A stretch of DNA of 24,239 bases from Ginkgo biloba (GCA_024626585.2 JANKJI020000002.1:41692995-41717233), one strand, 5' to 3'; counted from the stretch's first letter, positions 1-12,240 are shown. The notes: generated by a model not told the origin, from the sequence alone. Made by a program: numbers and translations.

Positions 1-459
1 TACATGTTCCTAGGTTTTGAATCATAAGTGATGACTGGTGGATTTTTTGGTTGGTAAGCATAACAATCCCACCAAGACAAGGCATATTTGACTATTTATA
101 ACTTATCAAAGTTAACCTTTTATAAATAATTGAATCCTTGAGTGTTAAAATATACCTCTATATCTTAGATATATTATTTCTCCTATATCTTAGATATATT
201 TTTCTCTTAATTTTCTCATTGTCAATGCCACACCTTTTTCCACTATATATTTGAATGAGATGGGGCCATATTTAAGGACCTAAAGGTAGACTTGGGATTG
301 AAGGGAATTTACAAATAAATCATAGAATTATTGGTTATAGAAGGGTATTTTACATTAGTGGATAAGTGACTAAAACCTATAGATAAGTTAAAAGTTAGAA
401 TAATCATCATCCTATTTAATCATATAAAGGGAGTTAAGGCCTATGTCATAGGGCTTAGA

Positions 460-769
460 TTCATAAAAATATTATAAAAAAAATTAGCAATTGCTAAAAA
501 TTATAGATTAAATTCTCTAGTAATCAATCAAACCATTTGATGGCTTCATTAATCAATGATTGAGGGAATATATTCAATACCACATCATCATATAGAATAT
601 ATTTAACATAAGCTAATAAATACGTATCTACATGGGTTATAGGATCTTCATTAGGTGACCAATCAAACTTAGGAAATTTTGGTGATAGATTGGATAACAA
701 GGCCATATGACTAACCTTAACCAAAGGAAAATCCATATAATTTGTGTAATATTTTTTAAAATTAACCAC
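460..769 (-). mobile_element. Degenerate Ty3/gypsy retrotransposon gag fragment
   Basis: ORF 524..769 reads PKFPKFDWSPNEDPITHVDTY...DDVVLNIFPQSLINEAIKWFD. This matches the Retrotrans_gag pattern (KF.G..DP..H...F..SL...A..WF). Similarity continues past a stop (*LLENLIYNF*QL). Confidence 0.75.
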
Positions 770-1144
770 AATTTTAATAGATAACCCCTTAATTGAAGGG
801 GTTAGAATCTGGTGAAGATGCTTATTGGCTTAGGAATCATAACATAATTGATTAAGAAGATTTTTAATATGCCACATGTCTAGATTATTTAGTATATTTT
901 GCGTTCATAGTTTTTAAATTTTGAGATAACATATGTTGTTGAAATGGATTATAATGTGGAGGGTATTGATACTCATAAATAAATCCCTATTATTGTATAT
1001 TTGTAGAATGTGTCACCTTTAGCATAGGTACAAATCCTATTGTACATAATCCTTTTCAAGTATTTTAAATTATTATGTTTATATATATGTATTAAGATAG
1101 ACTTTTAAACTCTTCCCCTTATCCTGAATGGATCTACCAAAGGA

Positions 1145-1300
1145 TCAAATATTCTCTTTTGTTCTCGAAGTCAAAAAAATTTTGATATGTTCCTTAATAG
1201 CCTCTTTCAAAAGGGCTTCTTCTTGTTCAGTGAATGTCCTAGTAGAACGTATAATTTCTCTGAACTGCGGTTTATTAGTTATTAAATATTCGCGTAATTG
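1145..1300 (-). pseudogene. atpA: Plastid atpA 3' fragment (nuclear plastid DNA, NUPT)
   Basis: [39 protein letters not shown] is the C-terminus of chloroplast CF1 alpha. There is an apparent A>E change and a frameshift in the T-run where FLLQEQ is expected. The 5' side runs into a 100-N gap. Confidence 0.88.
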
Positions 1301-1403
1301 ANNNNNNNNNNNNNNNNNNNNNNNNNNNNNNNNNNNNNNNNNNNNNNNNNNNNNNNNNNNNNNNNNNNNNNNNNNNNNNNNNNNNNNNNNNNNNNNNNNN
1401 NAA

Positions 1404-1855
1404 TTCACATAGGCTAGCAATTACCTCCTTCAAGATAGATTGGTTAGGATACATGGTGGGGTTCATTTTTAAATCATCCTCATCCTTCTTCTAGATGGTA
1501 TGACTCTCCCCTAAGGAAGAATGCATAGGTGACTAATGGGATTGTTGAGAGAGGGATAGTTCAAGATCCTTTTAATACAAGATAAAATTTCTCCCTGATG
1601 AGACAAAATAATTAGGATGTTGGGAGGGATGCTCAAAATCTAGATCAAAATTTAGTTCACATAGGCTAGTTGTCATCCCCTTTGAGACAAGTTGGTCAGG
1701 ATACAGGTTAGGGTTCAATTTTTAATCATCTCCCTTCTTCATTTGGTTGGAAAGAATCTCCTCTAAGGAAAAACATACATATGACTATTAGGAATGTTGA
1801 GAGAGGGATATTAACCTAAGATCCTTCCAATTTAGGATGTTTAGTGGGGTGATGA
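1404..1855. repeat. Diverged ~252-bp tandem duplication (2 copies), probably TE-derived
   Basis: TTCACATAGGCTAG occurs at 1404 and 1656. Shared blocks follow in both copies: GGATACA..GGGTTCA.TTTT.AATCATC, CTAAGGAA, TGTTGAGAGAGGGATA, AAGATCCTT, TTAGGATGTT. Confidence 0.8.
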
Positions 1856-3174
1856 CCCAAGCCCCTCTCAGGAGATTCTCCCTGCACTTCATGATGATTC
1901 TAGTTCTAAGATTATAAACACTATATTTAAATGAACTTTCACCCTAGTTAAGATAAATTTTGTTTGTTTGAAGTTAGTATATGACTTTTTGAATGAGATG
2001 AAAAAAAATCATTCATTAATGAACTTAAAACCTTTATAATACTCTCAACTCATTTAGCTCTCGCATCATTAACTTTGAGGTGCCTATGCTAATTTATAAG
2101 AAAATTATATTTTCATTCTTAAAACCTTACATCAAAATATCCTTTAGAATGTTATAGTAAATATTCTCTTTCCGTATCTTTTTGTTGAAACACACTCTAT
2201 AACATTTACATCAAAATGACTATAGACTACATTATAAAAGCCTTGTATTTAAGCTGTACCCTTGAAGTATTTATATTCATGTCTCCCAAGGGTTTAGTCT
2301 TGTATTAATTTAAAAATATCTAGAGTGTTAGGAACCACATGATGTAGATATTATCATCTTGAGATCATCTATTTATATCTACATGCTAGCGAGCTATTCC
2401 ACTAGCTTTTCCAAAGATTTCTACTTATTGCCATTCAAATTTTCAAGGATACATTTATTTTATACAAGTATAGTTATTTGGTAAATATTTTAAATATAAA
2501 ACATAATGATTATATGTAATGAGTATAAAATCACATAAAAAAAGTATCTTTTATTACAAGTTAATATAAAATTTGGCAAATATAATAGTTTTTTTTCCCC
2601 CTCAAAAAATGTATTAAAAATCATCTAATACTTTATAAAACATATCTCTATTGACAAATTTATATTTTATAAAATTGTTAAAAATATAGTGAATTGACGA
2701 TATATAGTCAAAAAGTTTTCCCTACTTATTACTTTCCTATTGTCAATTTATTTTTCCTCAAAATATTTGTTTATTTCCAACTCCTTTTGCCACTTTTATT
2801 TGTTGTCCTTTAAAACACAATCTAGTGGTTAGCTTAAAAATATGCTAAACTTTAATAAAGTTGGTAGTTAAGGAATTTTATATACATTTACTAAGGTAAT
2901 CTAAGGATGGGTACCCTTTATTTCATCATTGTAACTTTTATATCTTTTTTCNNNNNNNNNNNNNNNNNTAATCTTAGTGAAGCCTTCCCCAATATTCATT
3001 AGTTGTTGATGAACTTGTAACTTCTCACCATATTTTTTTACCCAATCCTAATTTGTGCCTATGATGTAGGATTACTTTCTATATCTCAAATTTTAAAAAA
3101 TAATCCTCTCCTTTTAACTACTAATTTCTAATGGATCTTCTCACCCAACTCATATAATTTATTTATCACTTTAA

Positions 3175-3188
3175 TCTCTCTCTCTCTC
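3175..3188. repeat. (TC)7 microsatellite
   Basis: Read directly from the sequence. Confidence 0.8.
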
Positions 3189-5512
3189 TTACAAAATATC
3201 NNNNNNNNNNTTTTCTCTAATTACTTGATTAGAGTTATTCTTTATTTTCTTTCTCAAATCATGGAATTTAATTTTTCTTTTATTTCATACTATCTCCTCT
3301 CCAAAATTCTCTTTAAGAAATTCTTTTATTCCATCAATTTCGTCCTTAAACTCCTTTATCTTCTTTTTCTTATTATTATTATAACCATCAATTACATTAG
3401 TAAATAAATTTATCTAATTAATATTTAATTATTTAAATTACTTTATATCCATTTCTCGAGGATTTAAAGAGATTTCCTCTTAATCTAATTTGTCATCTTA
3501 TAAATTCTCCCTCTTCTTTTCAAGTGAGTCTTAAGTTTCTTAATTGTTGGTGTTAATTCTTTGTTCAATGAATAAAGAGTCACTAAAGTGTCTTTGATTA
3601 GTGTAAATGCAATCATATGTTTATAATTTAATATATGTTTCCTCTTTGTCTACATCATGCACTATTAAATGGTATATTTTATTGAATGATGGAGTGTTTT
3701 ATCCTACTTTCTCATTGTTTTGGATATGGACCTTCAATGGGAGACTATGGGAAATTCGTATTAGATAGAAATTCTTGATAAATTCAAAGGTCTTAATAGA
3801 GAATTGGGAGGATCTTGGAAGTTTGGAGCCCTTAGGAGCTCACTATGAAAAGCAAATTTCTGCCCAAGAGCCTCTAATTTTGGCTTATCAATGAAGGATT
3901 TGGCCATGCTCCTATAAATCCATGTACATATTTGTAATTTGTGTTGAATGCCTTAGAGGAGGGTGAGTAGATCATGATTGTTAAATTGCTAGTACACTGG
4001 AACAACTTGATTACAGCCATCCAAGTCCAAATGAGAATATGTAGTAGACATACTCTGAAAGACTTAAGCTTGTAACAGGACTAATATGTCCAAAAGGCTT
4101 TTTGATCCATCAAATTTTGACAATAAGAAATTGATATAAAAATGTTATATTCTCCTCTTGTAATTTCTTAGAACCAAAACATTTGTACCCAAACTTTGAA
4201 CTCAACTTTTGAACCCTAAATGANNNNNNNNNNNNNNNNNNNNNNNNNNNNNNNNNNNNNNNNNNNNNNNNNNNNNNNNNNNNNNNNNNNNNNNNNNNNN
4301 NNNNNNNNNNNNNTCCCTTTCCAATATTTTTATATCTCCTTGATAGCTTCAAAATGATAGATATTTTTCCCAAAAAGGAGCTATGAGTTATGAGTTATAA
4401 AATTCTATAATATAAGAAATATGGAGATATAATACCATGTTAAAATATTCAATGTCATAAAATTGGTTTCATAGTTCCATTACCAACTTACAAAATTCAA
4501 TATATAGAAAATGGCCTACATTCAAATTTTGTATAATNNNNNNNNNNNNNNNNNNNNNNNNNNNNNNNNNNNNNNNNNNNNNNNNNNNNNNNNNNNNNNN
4601 NNNNNNNNNNNNNNNNNNNNNNNNNNNNNNNNNNNNNACACATGATAGTGCTAGGACCTCAACCAAAAATTCCTTATTACATCAATTGATAACTACAATA
4701 CAACTGATAATTGATTAAGTAATTTTATTCTTATATTAATTATATAAAAAATAAAAATATAGTATTCATATAGAAAATATTGAATTCATATAACTTTTTA
4801 CATGTAGATTTTTCTAAGTTTCTCTAATCCACGAATAAACTATAGNNNNNNNNNNNNNNNNNNNNNNNNNNNNNNNNNNNNNNNNNNNNNNNNNNNNNNN
4901 NNNNNNNNNTAGAACTATTAAAATTGTGTATTTTCATAATACTAATGATTACATCATAAGAAAAGGACTAACATCTCAAAACATCATAACACAAACTCCT
5001 ATGATTTTTCTGACACTATAAGCTAATGATTTCACTAAAATATTATTTATATAAAAAATATGAAATAGAGTATTTTTAACTCATAATTGTAAGGACAAAA
5101 ACTAGACTTACTATATGATTAAGATAACATAACAATCATTAAGAAATGAATTTATCATAAAGAACTCTACACAATGTATAGAAATAACAAATAATCTCAA
5201 AATATAAAATGCAATTCAATAAAAATAGTCAAAATAAGATTAAAATGACAAAATTAAAGAGAATATGTTCTGAAGAAATTTAAAAGAAGTTAAGAGGCTA
5301 AAGGGTTTAAGAGAACCTCCTACCTAGTAGAGACTTGAGGTGCGACCACCAACTACCCACTCAGTTGAGATATAAAGCACCTAGTTTTGAAAGAGATAAT
5401 TTCTTCTTGAGAGGAGTAAGTATAAATATTAAATATTATATGATGATAAAATAGAGAGAGAAGGCCTTATATATCCTAAACTTATCTCGCATGCTTTTAG
5501 GTCTATTAAATC

Positions 5513-6312
5513 TATGTTTTAGGCCTCATATTGCACTATAAGATAAATAACTCATGTGCCCAATAATTAGCTCTTTAACAATACCAAACTAAGTTGAATT
5601 AAGGATTATATATGCTTAACTTAAGTTCTCCTTGAATTATCTCTATTATGGGCCTAGTTATATTTTAAGAAAATAACATGCTCCCTCAAATTATTGTCAT
5701 CACTAGATGCTACTAAGAAAATGAATCATTATCCCATGATGTTAATTATTTTAAGATATTTCTCCACTTGATTTTATTTTTATTTTAGTTCCTTGGTTAA
5801 TATTTCTAGTATTCCCTCTAGTTTAAGTAAAAAATTATCTTCCTAGAGTGTTGAAAACTCTTTTTATAAAACTATGTTCATTTTGATTTAGTTTTTAATA
5901 CAAGACACATAGAATATGTCATGAATTCTTCCCTTATTGGGAAAGTCTATAATTTATGCTACCTCACTTATTTTCCTTTCAATATTATAGGGTCCATATA
6001 ATTTTGGTTAGATATTACTTTTTCCCTTCTATTTTAGGGATAATTGTTTATNNNNNNNNNNNNNNNNNNNNNNNNNNNNNNNNNNNNNNNNNNNNNNNNN
6101 NNNNNNNNNNNNNNNNNNNNNNNNNNNNNNNNNNNNNNNNNNNNNNNNNNNCATTGTTTGGGCCCCATACTATACCATAATACTAATAACTCATAAAACT
6201 AATAATTAACTCTTTCGTACTACCAAACCAAGTTGAATTAAGGGTCCTATATTCTTATCTTGAGTGCTCCTTGGATTGTCTCTATTATAGGTCTAGTTGT
6301 ATCTTAGGGACA
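5513..6312. repeat. Diverged ~160-bp direct repeat pair (5513-5670 and 6152-6312), likely LTR-derived
   Basis: Both copies share AATAACTCAT..AATAATTA.CTCTTT..TACCAAAC.AAGTTGAATTAAGG..CTCCTTG.ATT.TCTCTATTAT.GG.CTAGTT. They lie just upstream of a PBS-like motif and gag. Confidence 0.7.
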
Positions 6313-6644
6313 TAATAATAAACTTAAAATAAGATACTGTATTATTATACCAATCCAAGTACAGTACCTTATGATGATTAGTGGTCTAAATTAGATAAAT
6401 ATAGATTCAATATTATTAACACTTAGTTGGTATAAAGGAGTATAAGTCCTATGTAGGAGTGGGCTCATAATAAGAGGGGTAGATTNNNNNNNNNNNNNNN
6501 NNNNNNNNNNNNNNNNNNNNNNNNNNNNNNNNNNNNNNNNNNNNNNNNNNNNNNNNNNNNNNNNNNNNNNNNNNNNNNNNNNNNNNNNNNNNNNNNNNNN
6601 NNNNNNNNNNNNTTCTTTTCCTATTTCATATTTTCTTCTTTTTA

Positions 6645-7462
6645 CATATGGTATCAACTCAAAATGCATCAAGGACTACAGGACAAGATGTAAGGACAAG
6701 GGAAGGCACAGAAGAGAGGGAAAAAAGTTCCATAAAGTCCTTTTGAAATTGAATTTGAGTAAGAAGAAGAGGATAAGTTGAGTGAAATTAAGGGGTATGG
6801 AGAAGGTACTCATGACTCATGTATGGACTTAATGCAAAAGGCAATGACGAAGATGAGAAAGGAATAAAAGGAGAGCCAACAAGCATTGGGAGGAGTTGCT
6901 TCTCTCCTGCATCAAATTCATACTGATATTTCTTCAATGAAGGTTGCTATGGCACAAGCTTCTTCTTTGGGATAGAATCCAATTCCTTCTCCTCCTTTGA
7001 ATGTCACATTTTCTTCATAAAATATTATTCATTATTTTACAGGTTCTTCAACATAAGCAACTATGGTACAAAATCTATTTAGGGTAGAGTCCAAGGTTGA
7101 TATTAAGGTGTTTGAAGGAAGGATGGATGTTGAGTATTTGGAGACTTGGATACAAGCTTTGGAGGTATATTTTTCTTATTAGGATTATATAAATGAACAT
7201 AAAGTAATGATTTCTAGATTAAAGATGGGGCAGAAAGCACTACTTTGGTGGGAGTCTTTTTGTAGGATCAGAGAATAGGTAGGACAATTACCTCTTACTT
7301 ATTAGAATAAGTTCAAGAAGGATTTGAGGAAGAAATTTTATCCTCTTGGCTATGAGGATCAACGTTTCCTCAAGTGTCATCATCTCAAGCAAGGGCAAGG
7401 ATAAAGTCTAGAGGACTTTATGAGGAGTATTAAGATCTCATAATTAATTGAATATTAAGGAA
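6645..7462 (+). mobile_element. Degenerate Ty3/gypsy LTR retrotransposon: PBS-like site and gag pseudogene
   Basis: CA(6645-46)-TA-TGGTATCA(6649-56) resembles an LTR end plus a tRNA-Met PBS. The frame from 7063 reads MVQNLFRVESKVDIKVFEGRMDVEYLETWIQALEVYFSY*...ALLWWESF...KFKKDLRKKFYPLGYEDQRFLKCHHLKQGQG*SLEDF, a typical Retrotrans_gag with 4 in-frame stops. Confidence 0.85.
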
Positions 7463-7563
7463 CNNNNNNNNNNNNNNNNNNNNNNNNNNNNNNNNNNNNN
7501 NNNNNNNNNNNNNNNNNNNNNNNNNNNNNNNNNNNNNNNNNNNNNNNNNNNNNNNNNNNNNNN

Positions 7564-7964
7564 TTCTATGTAACTAGAGGTCACGAATTCATGATGACTT
7601 ATATTTTAATAATATAACACATAAGACATATTTTCATACACTATGAGTATCTTCCTTAACAATTAAGACTATGGCTTTCTATTGTAAGGACATGAGAACT
7701 ATAATGTCTACCAAAGATATTATATGCCCAATTCTTATTGTTATTAATGGAGATTTTATAAGGTGGTATATTTTATTGAATTTCTTGTACTATTCCATGG
7801 GGTTCAGAGTCATGTTCAACTATTAATGTATGATTTGGCAACTATAGGAAATAAGTTACTTTATCTAGACTAGCCTTAAAAATATAAAGGCCTTCTATAT
7901 AACTAGAGGTCATGAATTCATGATGACTTATATTTTAATAATATAACACATAAGACGCATATTT
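7564..7964. repeat. Near-identical ~70-bp direct repeat (7564-7633, 7893-7964; spacing 329 bp)
   Basis: TTCTAT.TAACTAGAGGTCA.GAATTCATGATGACTTATATTTTAATAATATAACACATAAGAC occurs twice. The first copy abuts a gap. Confidence 0.85.
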
Positions 7965-8260
7965 TGATAAAAATCCTTTCATCTTGATAATTTATGGGGA
8001 TGAGCACTTATTAACTATTGGATGTAAGTTGAGCTCTTTGTTAGAGGCTTTAGTGCCACATTAGTAATTACATCTACAGATGAAAGGATTATCATTAATA
8101 TTTTTTATTGCAATGGTTTAATAATGTTGCTTAGAAAATAAAAGGGAAGTGCATTGATTGTTTATAGTTCTTCAAAGTAAACTAGACATATACGATGCAA
8201 TTATCCAAATTACAACATAGTTAAATCTAATTTAGTGTAGGTTGAACAATTAAGTGCTCT

Positions 8261-8276
8261 CACACACACACACACA
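8261..8276. repeat. (CA)8 microsatellite
   Basis: Read directly from the sequence. Confidence 0.85.
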
Positions 8277-8789
8277 AATTCCTATGTGTGGCTACCCTTA
8301 AGTAAGAACCCATGCCAAAATGCCTTGGTGAATTTACACTTAAGGCTAGCTTTCTACCTAAAAAAGATCTTGGAGTATAAACTCATTAAGGTGTTGAATC
8401 CCCCATTTCCACATAAGGAAAGTTATCCATGGGCATTAGCTTCTCACACACACAAACACAGTCACCCACACACCCATATACTACAGAAGACTAATTGTGC
8501 CAAGCTCCAAGTAGTTAAACATTCATAATATATCCCTTTGATTATCTTGGTCATTATGTTAGTGCCAATACTATTCTCAGAAATGGATTCTACTATGGGA
8601 ATTGAATTTGTGACTTTATGTTAAGAAGTGACATTTATAAAGCACTAAAAGGAGACTTAGGTGTTAACTCACCAAGGNNNNNNNNNNNNNNNNNNNNNNN
8701 NNNNNNNNNNNNNNNNNNNNNNNNNNNNCATGTGCATTGAGTCTTCACGCACAACTCCCTCCCCCCGCCCCCCCCTTAAATATCTTTGA

Positions 8790-8856
8790 AGATTTGAACC
8801 TATAACTAGCCTCGAAAAAGCCCACCACTATACCACTTTCAAGCTATACCACTTTG
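8790..8856 (-). mobile_element. Possible tRNA-derived SINE head
   Basis: The minus strand has A-box-like TGGTATAGTGG (8835-8825) and B-box-like GGTTCAAATC (8800-8791), 24 nt apart. No cloverleaf is visible. Confidence 0.3.
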
Positions 8857-9042
8857 ATTAACAATTTTTATAAATAGTATTAATCTGCATAGAGAGAAAT
8901 ATTCAAATTTTAAATATTTTTCCAAGGACCATGACCTCATGCAACCTAGTAAATCACTANNNNNNNNNNNNNNNNNNNNNNNNNNNNNNNNNNGCTTCTA
9001 GAAGACACGTCTTTCAAAATGAAGGGGTGCACCCTATTTTTA

Positions 9043-9138
9043 CAACCGTTGTTTAGTAAGGCACTTTAACCAACTGTTTGTCGTTTTTGGCAACCGTTGT
9101 TTAGTAAGGCACTTTAACCAACTGTTTGTCGTTTTTGG
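9043..9138. repeat. Perfect 48-bp tandem duplication
   Basis: CAACCGTTGTTTAGTAAGGCACTTTAACCAACTGTTTGTCGTTTTTGG occurs at 9043-9090 and 9091-9138. A degenerate third start follows. Confidence 0.95.
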
Positions 9139-9147
9139 CTTCCGTTG

Positions 9148-9226
9148 TTCGTCGAACGACGGTGCGTCGTTCGACGAATGATAGTTGGTCGTTCGTTGAA
9201 CGACCGAAGACCGTTCGACGAACGAC
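9148..9226. repeat. Two adjacent CpG-rich hairpins
   Basis: TTCGTCGAACGACG-gtg-CGTCGTTCGACGAA (9148-9178) is a perfect 14-bp stem. GTCGTTCGTTGAACG-9nt-CGTTCGACGAACGAC (9188-9226) is a 15-bp stem with one G:T pair. Confidence 0.9.
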
Positions 9227-11234
9227 AGTGTATTTTCTCACTGTTCTCTGTTTTCATTGTTGTCTGTCCTATTGCTTCTGTTGTTGCCGTCAACACCAAT
9301 GTTCGATGGTTCCTTGGCTATTGGCAGTTTTCTCTTCAAAGGTGGTTTCTCACAAATTTCCATTGGTGGTTTGTGAAGAAGCATTTTTCAAGTTTCATAC
9401 AGTGGTCTCCATTGGTGCAAGTAGTGGTTTTCTTACAGGGTGTTTCTGTGGATTTGTGGGTCCTCTATCCTCCGGCAGTTTCCATTATTTGTGGCAGCTT
9501 GGGGCACCCCGATCTCCTGATTCCTCACTTGGTGGCACCTTTTCCCGTGCCCCTGTGCTGCTCTAGGCGCCTTGCACCCTCTACCTCCTCCTTTTATGGC
9601 CCCATCCATTGATGCCCCTGCACCTAGGCCACCCTCAGTGGCCCCTACTCCTCCCACGAGCCTGCGACCTGTGTGTGACCTCCCTTGCACCCAATGCAAC
9701 CCTCGCGCTAACCCTACACTCCCAACACCCAACCTACCGGCCGCTAGACCTATCCTCCATAAGCCACATCCCCCTCTGCAACCTAAAAACACCTCCAACA
9801 CCCACCCCTTTCAAAATCGAACCAAACACACAATATTTTCATATTATTCACTCCACCCTTAAAGAAAAAGATGAATTCTCACAGCCTCACCGGTATAAGC
9901 CGGTGACTGGAACTAATCTCATTCCAACCCAATACCGAGCTAGGCTAAAATCTCCTCTATATGCACAGCTAATGTCCCATCGAGACGGGCAACAGCAGGT
10001 CTCCAGACTNNNNNNNNNNNNNNNNNNNNNNNNNNNNNNNNNNNNNNNNNNNNNNNNNNNNNNNNNNNNNNNNNNNNNNNNNNNNNNNNNNNNNNNNNNN
10101 NNNNNNNNNNNNNNNNNNNNNNNNNNNNNNNNNNNNNNNNNNNNNNNNNNNNNNNNNNNNNNNNNNNNNNNNNNNNNNNNNNNNNNNNNNNNNNNNNNNN
10201 NNNNNNNNNNNNNNNNNNNNNNNNNNNNNNNNNNNNNNNNNNNNNNNNNNNNNNNNNNNNNNNNNNNNNNNNNNNNNNNNNNNNNNNNNNNNNNNNNNNN
10301 NNNNNNNNNNNNNNNNNNNNNNNNNNNNNNNNNNNNNNNNNNNNNNNNNNNNNNNNNNNNNNNNNNNNNNNNNNNNNNNNNNNNNNNNNNNNNNNNNNNN
10401 NNNNNNNNNNNNNNNNNNNNNNNNNNNNNNNNNNNNNNNNNNNNNNNNNNNNNNNNNNNNNNNNNNNNNNNNNNNNNNNNNNNNNNNNNNNNNNNNNNNN
10501 NNNNNNNNNNNNNNNNNNNNNNNNNNNNNNNNNNNNNNNNNNNNNNNNNNNNNNNNNNNNNNNNNNNNNNNNNGCTGTATGTGTTTGGAATCAATACTTC
10601 GTTATCTTTTCAGCAGATAATCTCTGGTTTTTTTGGGGTTCTAGGATGACCCTCTGGTCAATAATTTCCGTTTGGGTTTACTGAAGTTGTCAAGGGAAGT
10701 AGAAACACAGTGCATAGCCTTTCCGTCGTTCCCTTCGGCCTCATCCTCGGTTAAAAAATTCGAGTAAGAACGGAAAATAAAATAAGGCCTGGAAGACTCG
10801 ATCTTAATAGTTACAGTTGAATGCATTTACGAGAGAAAATTCAATTGCATATATTTTTGCCTTGTTTTTTTCCTTTCCCGAGATGATTGCTCTGCTAGAA
10901 AGGTTTTCAGGGAAAATAATGAAGTCTGTGCGCTAGATCTGCCGATAATATCCCATCATGAATTATAATATTCTCTGAAATTTTCCCCTTTTATATTTGT
11001 TTTGAAACTTGTCATGTTTTGGGTTTCTGTAATTACTTGAGTGGTTTTTGCTCAAGAAACTGTTTATTTAGAGCGAGAAATTGGTCTGCAATTAGGAGCT
11101 CCCTGTATGGAGTTTCATTGAACATCCATGATTTTCAAGATTATAGATAAACCCTTTCACACGGAAGCAGCTTGGGCTATCTGGAAAGAATTATTTTTGT
11201 AATAACGGCATAAAAGTGACTGGTAGTCTCAAAC

Positions 11235-11305
11235 ATGAAGAGAGGAAGGGAAGAGAGCTATATGGGTCCTCAGGTTAAACGGCCTGCCACTTCTCGTGGA
11301 GAATC
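11235..11305 (+). CDS. SNL: SIN3-like coding exon 1 (MKRGREESYMGPQVKRPATSRGE)
   Basis: ATG at 11235. The peptide resembles the plant SNL N-terminus (MKR.R...Y.G.Q.KRP..SRGE). GTAAG donor at 11306; the phase matches exon 2. Confidence 0.85.
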
Positions 11306-12240
11306 GTAAGTTTTTACTTTTCCAAATTTATTCTCCATTTTTTCGCTTAGCTTTGTAGTTGTAACTTCTGGCAAATCAATCTCTGAATATTTTTTCTTAG
11401 CCTGGCAACACTGTTTTCGCGTATTGAATTTGTGTGATTGCATTTTACACGCCCAATGGCACTGGTTTTTTATAATGGATACCAACCAAGAATTCAATCT
11501 TCTTGGACTCAATCCCCAAAGTCTCTGGTATTTGAAACGGGGAGTTTTTGTAAAATATAGTCCCCAAAGCCACTGGGAAACTGGGGCTCAATCCAGGTTA
11601 CAATGGTTCCTAACTGCTTTTAGTAAAACCCTAAGCTAATTATCAGATCCGAGCTTTGTGACTATAGGATTTTAGACAAGTATTTATATGGATTGAAACC
11701 TTGTCTCCGGTTGGATGATTTGGTTTATGTTTGAGCCATAGGATCATGCCATCTCTGCTTTATTGTATTCTCGAGAATTTCCATGGGTCACCTGAATGTG
11801 GTTGTTATTGGTGTGCACTTCATTGCTTATGCANNNNNNNNNNNNNNNNNNNNNNNNNNNNNNNNNNNNNNNNNNNNNNNNNNNNNNNNNNNNNNNNNNN
11901 NNNNNNNNNNNNTATTAGTTTGAACATAATTTGATTTTGTTAACAGCTTAGTAGGATAGTTTGAAAATAGTGTTTTACTTCTGAAATTTGCTGTTCAAAT
12001 TTATATCCATTGATCTGTTCTATAGATATGAACTATTTTCTTTGTAAGTTTTTTAAAAGCTTGCAAGACTCGCGGCATATTTAATATCTTGAGCTGTATA
12101 ATGGGTAGAGTCCCACCTCTTTATACCCTCTTGATACTTCGTAATTTGTTCCCATCATGTATAAAGTGTAGGTCTGATGGTGTTTAATTTAAGTAGGAGA
12201 ACTGACTGTTGCTTCTTTGTCTGTGGGCAACCCAAAACAG

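Noticed and set aside
1040-1144. trnR-UCU downstream of the atpA fragment
   Set aside because: No tRNA-like sequence is visible, so the NUPT seems to end shortly after the atpA end.
9043-9226. CRISPR-like array
   Set aside because: The repeats are directly adjacent with no unique spacers, there are no cas genes, and the context is plant nuclear.
9114-9862. Overlapping ORFs of 61-155 aa, including a Pro-rich one
   Set aside because: They are a by-product of local high GC and repeats. I recognise no domain or splice structure.
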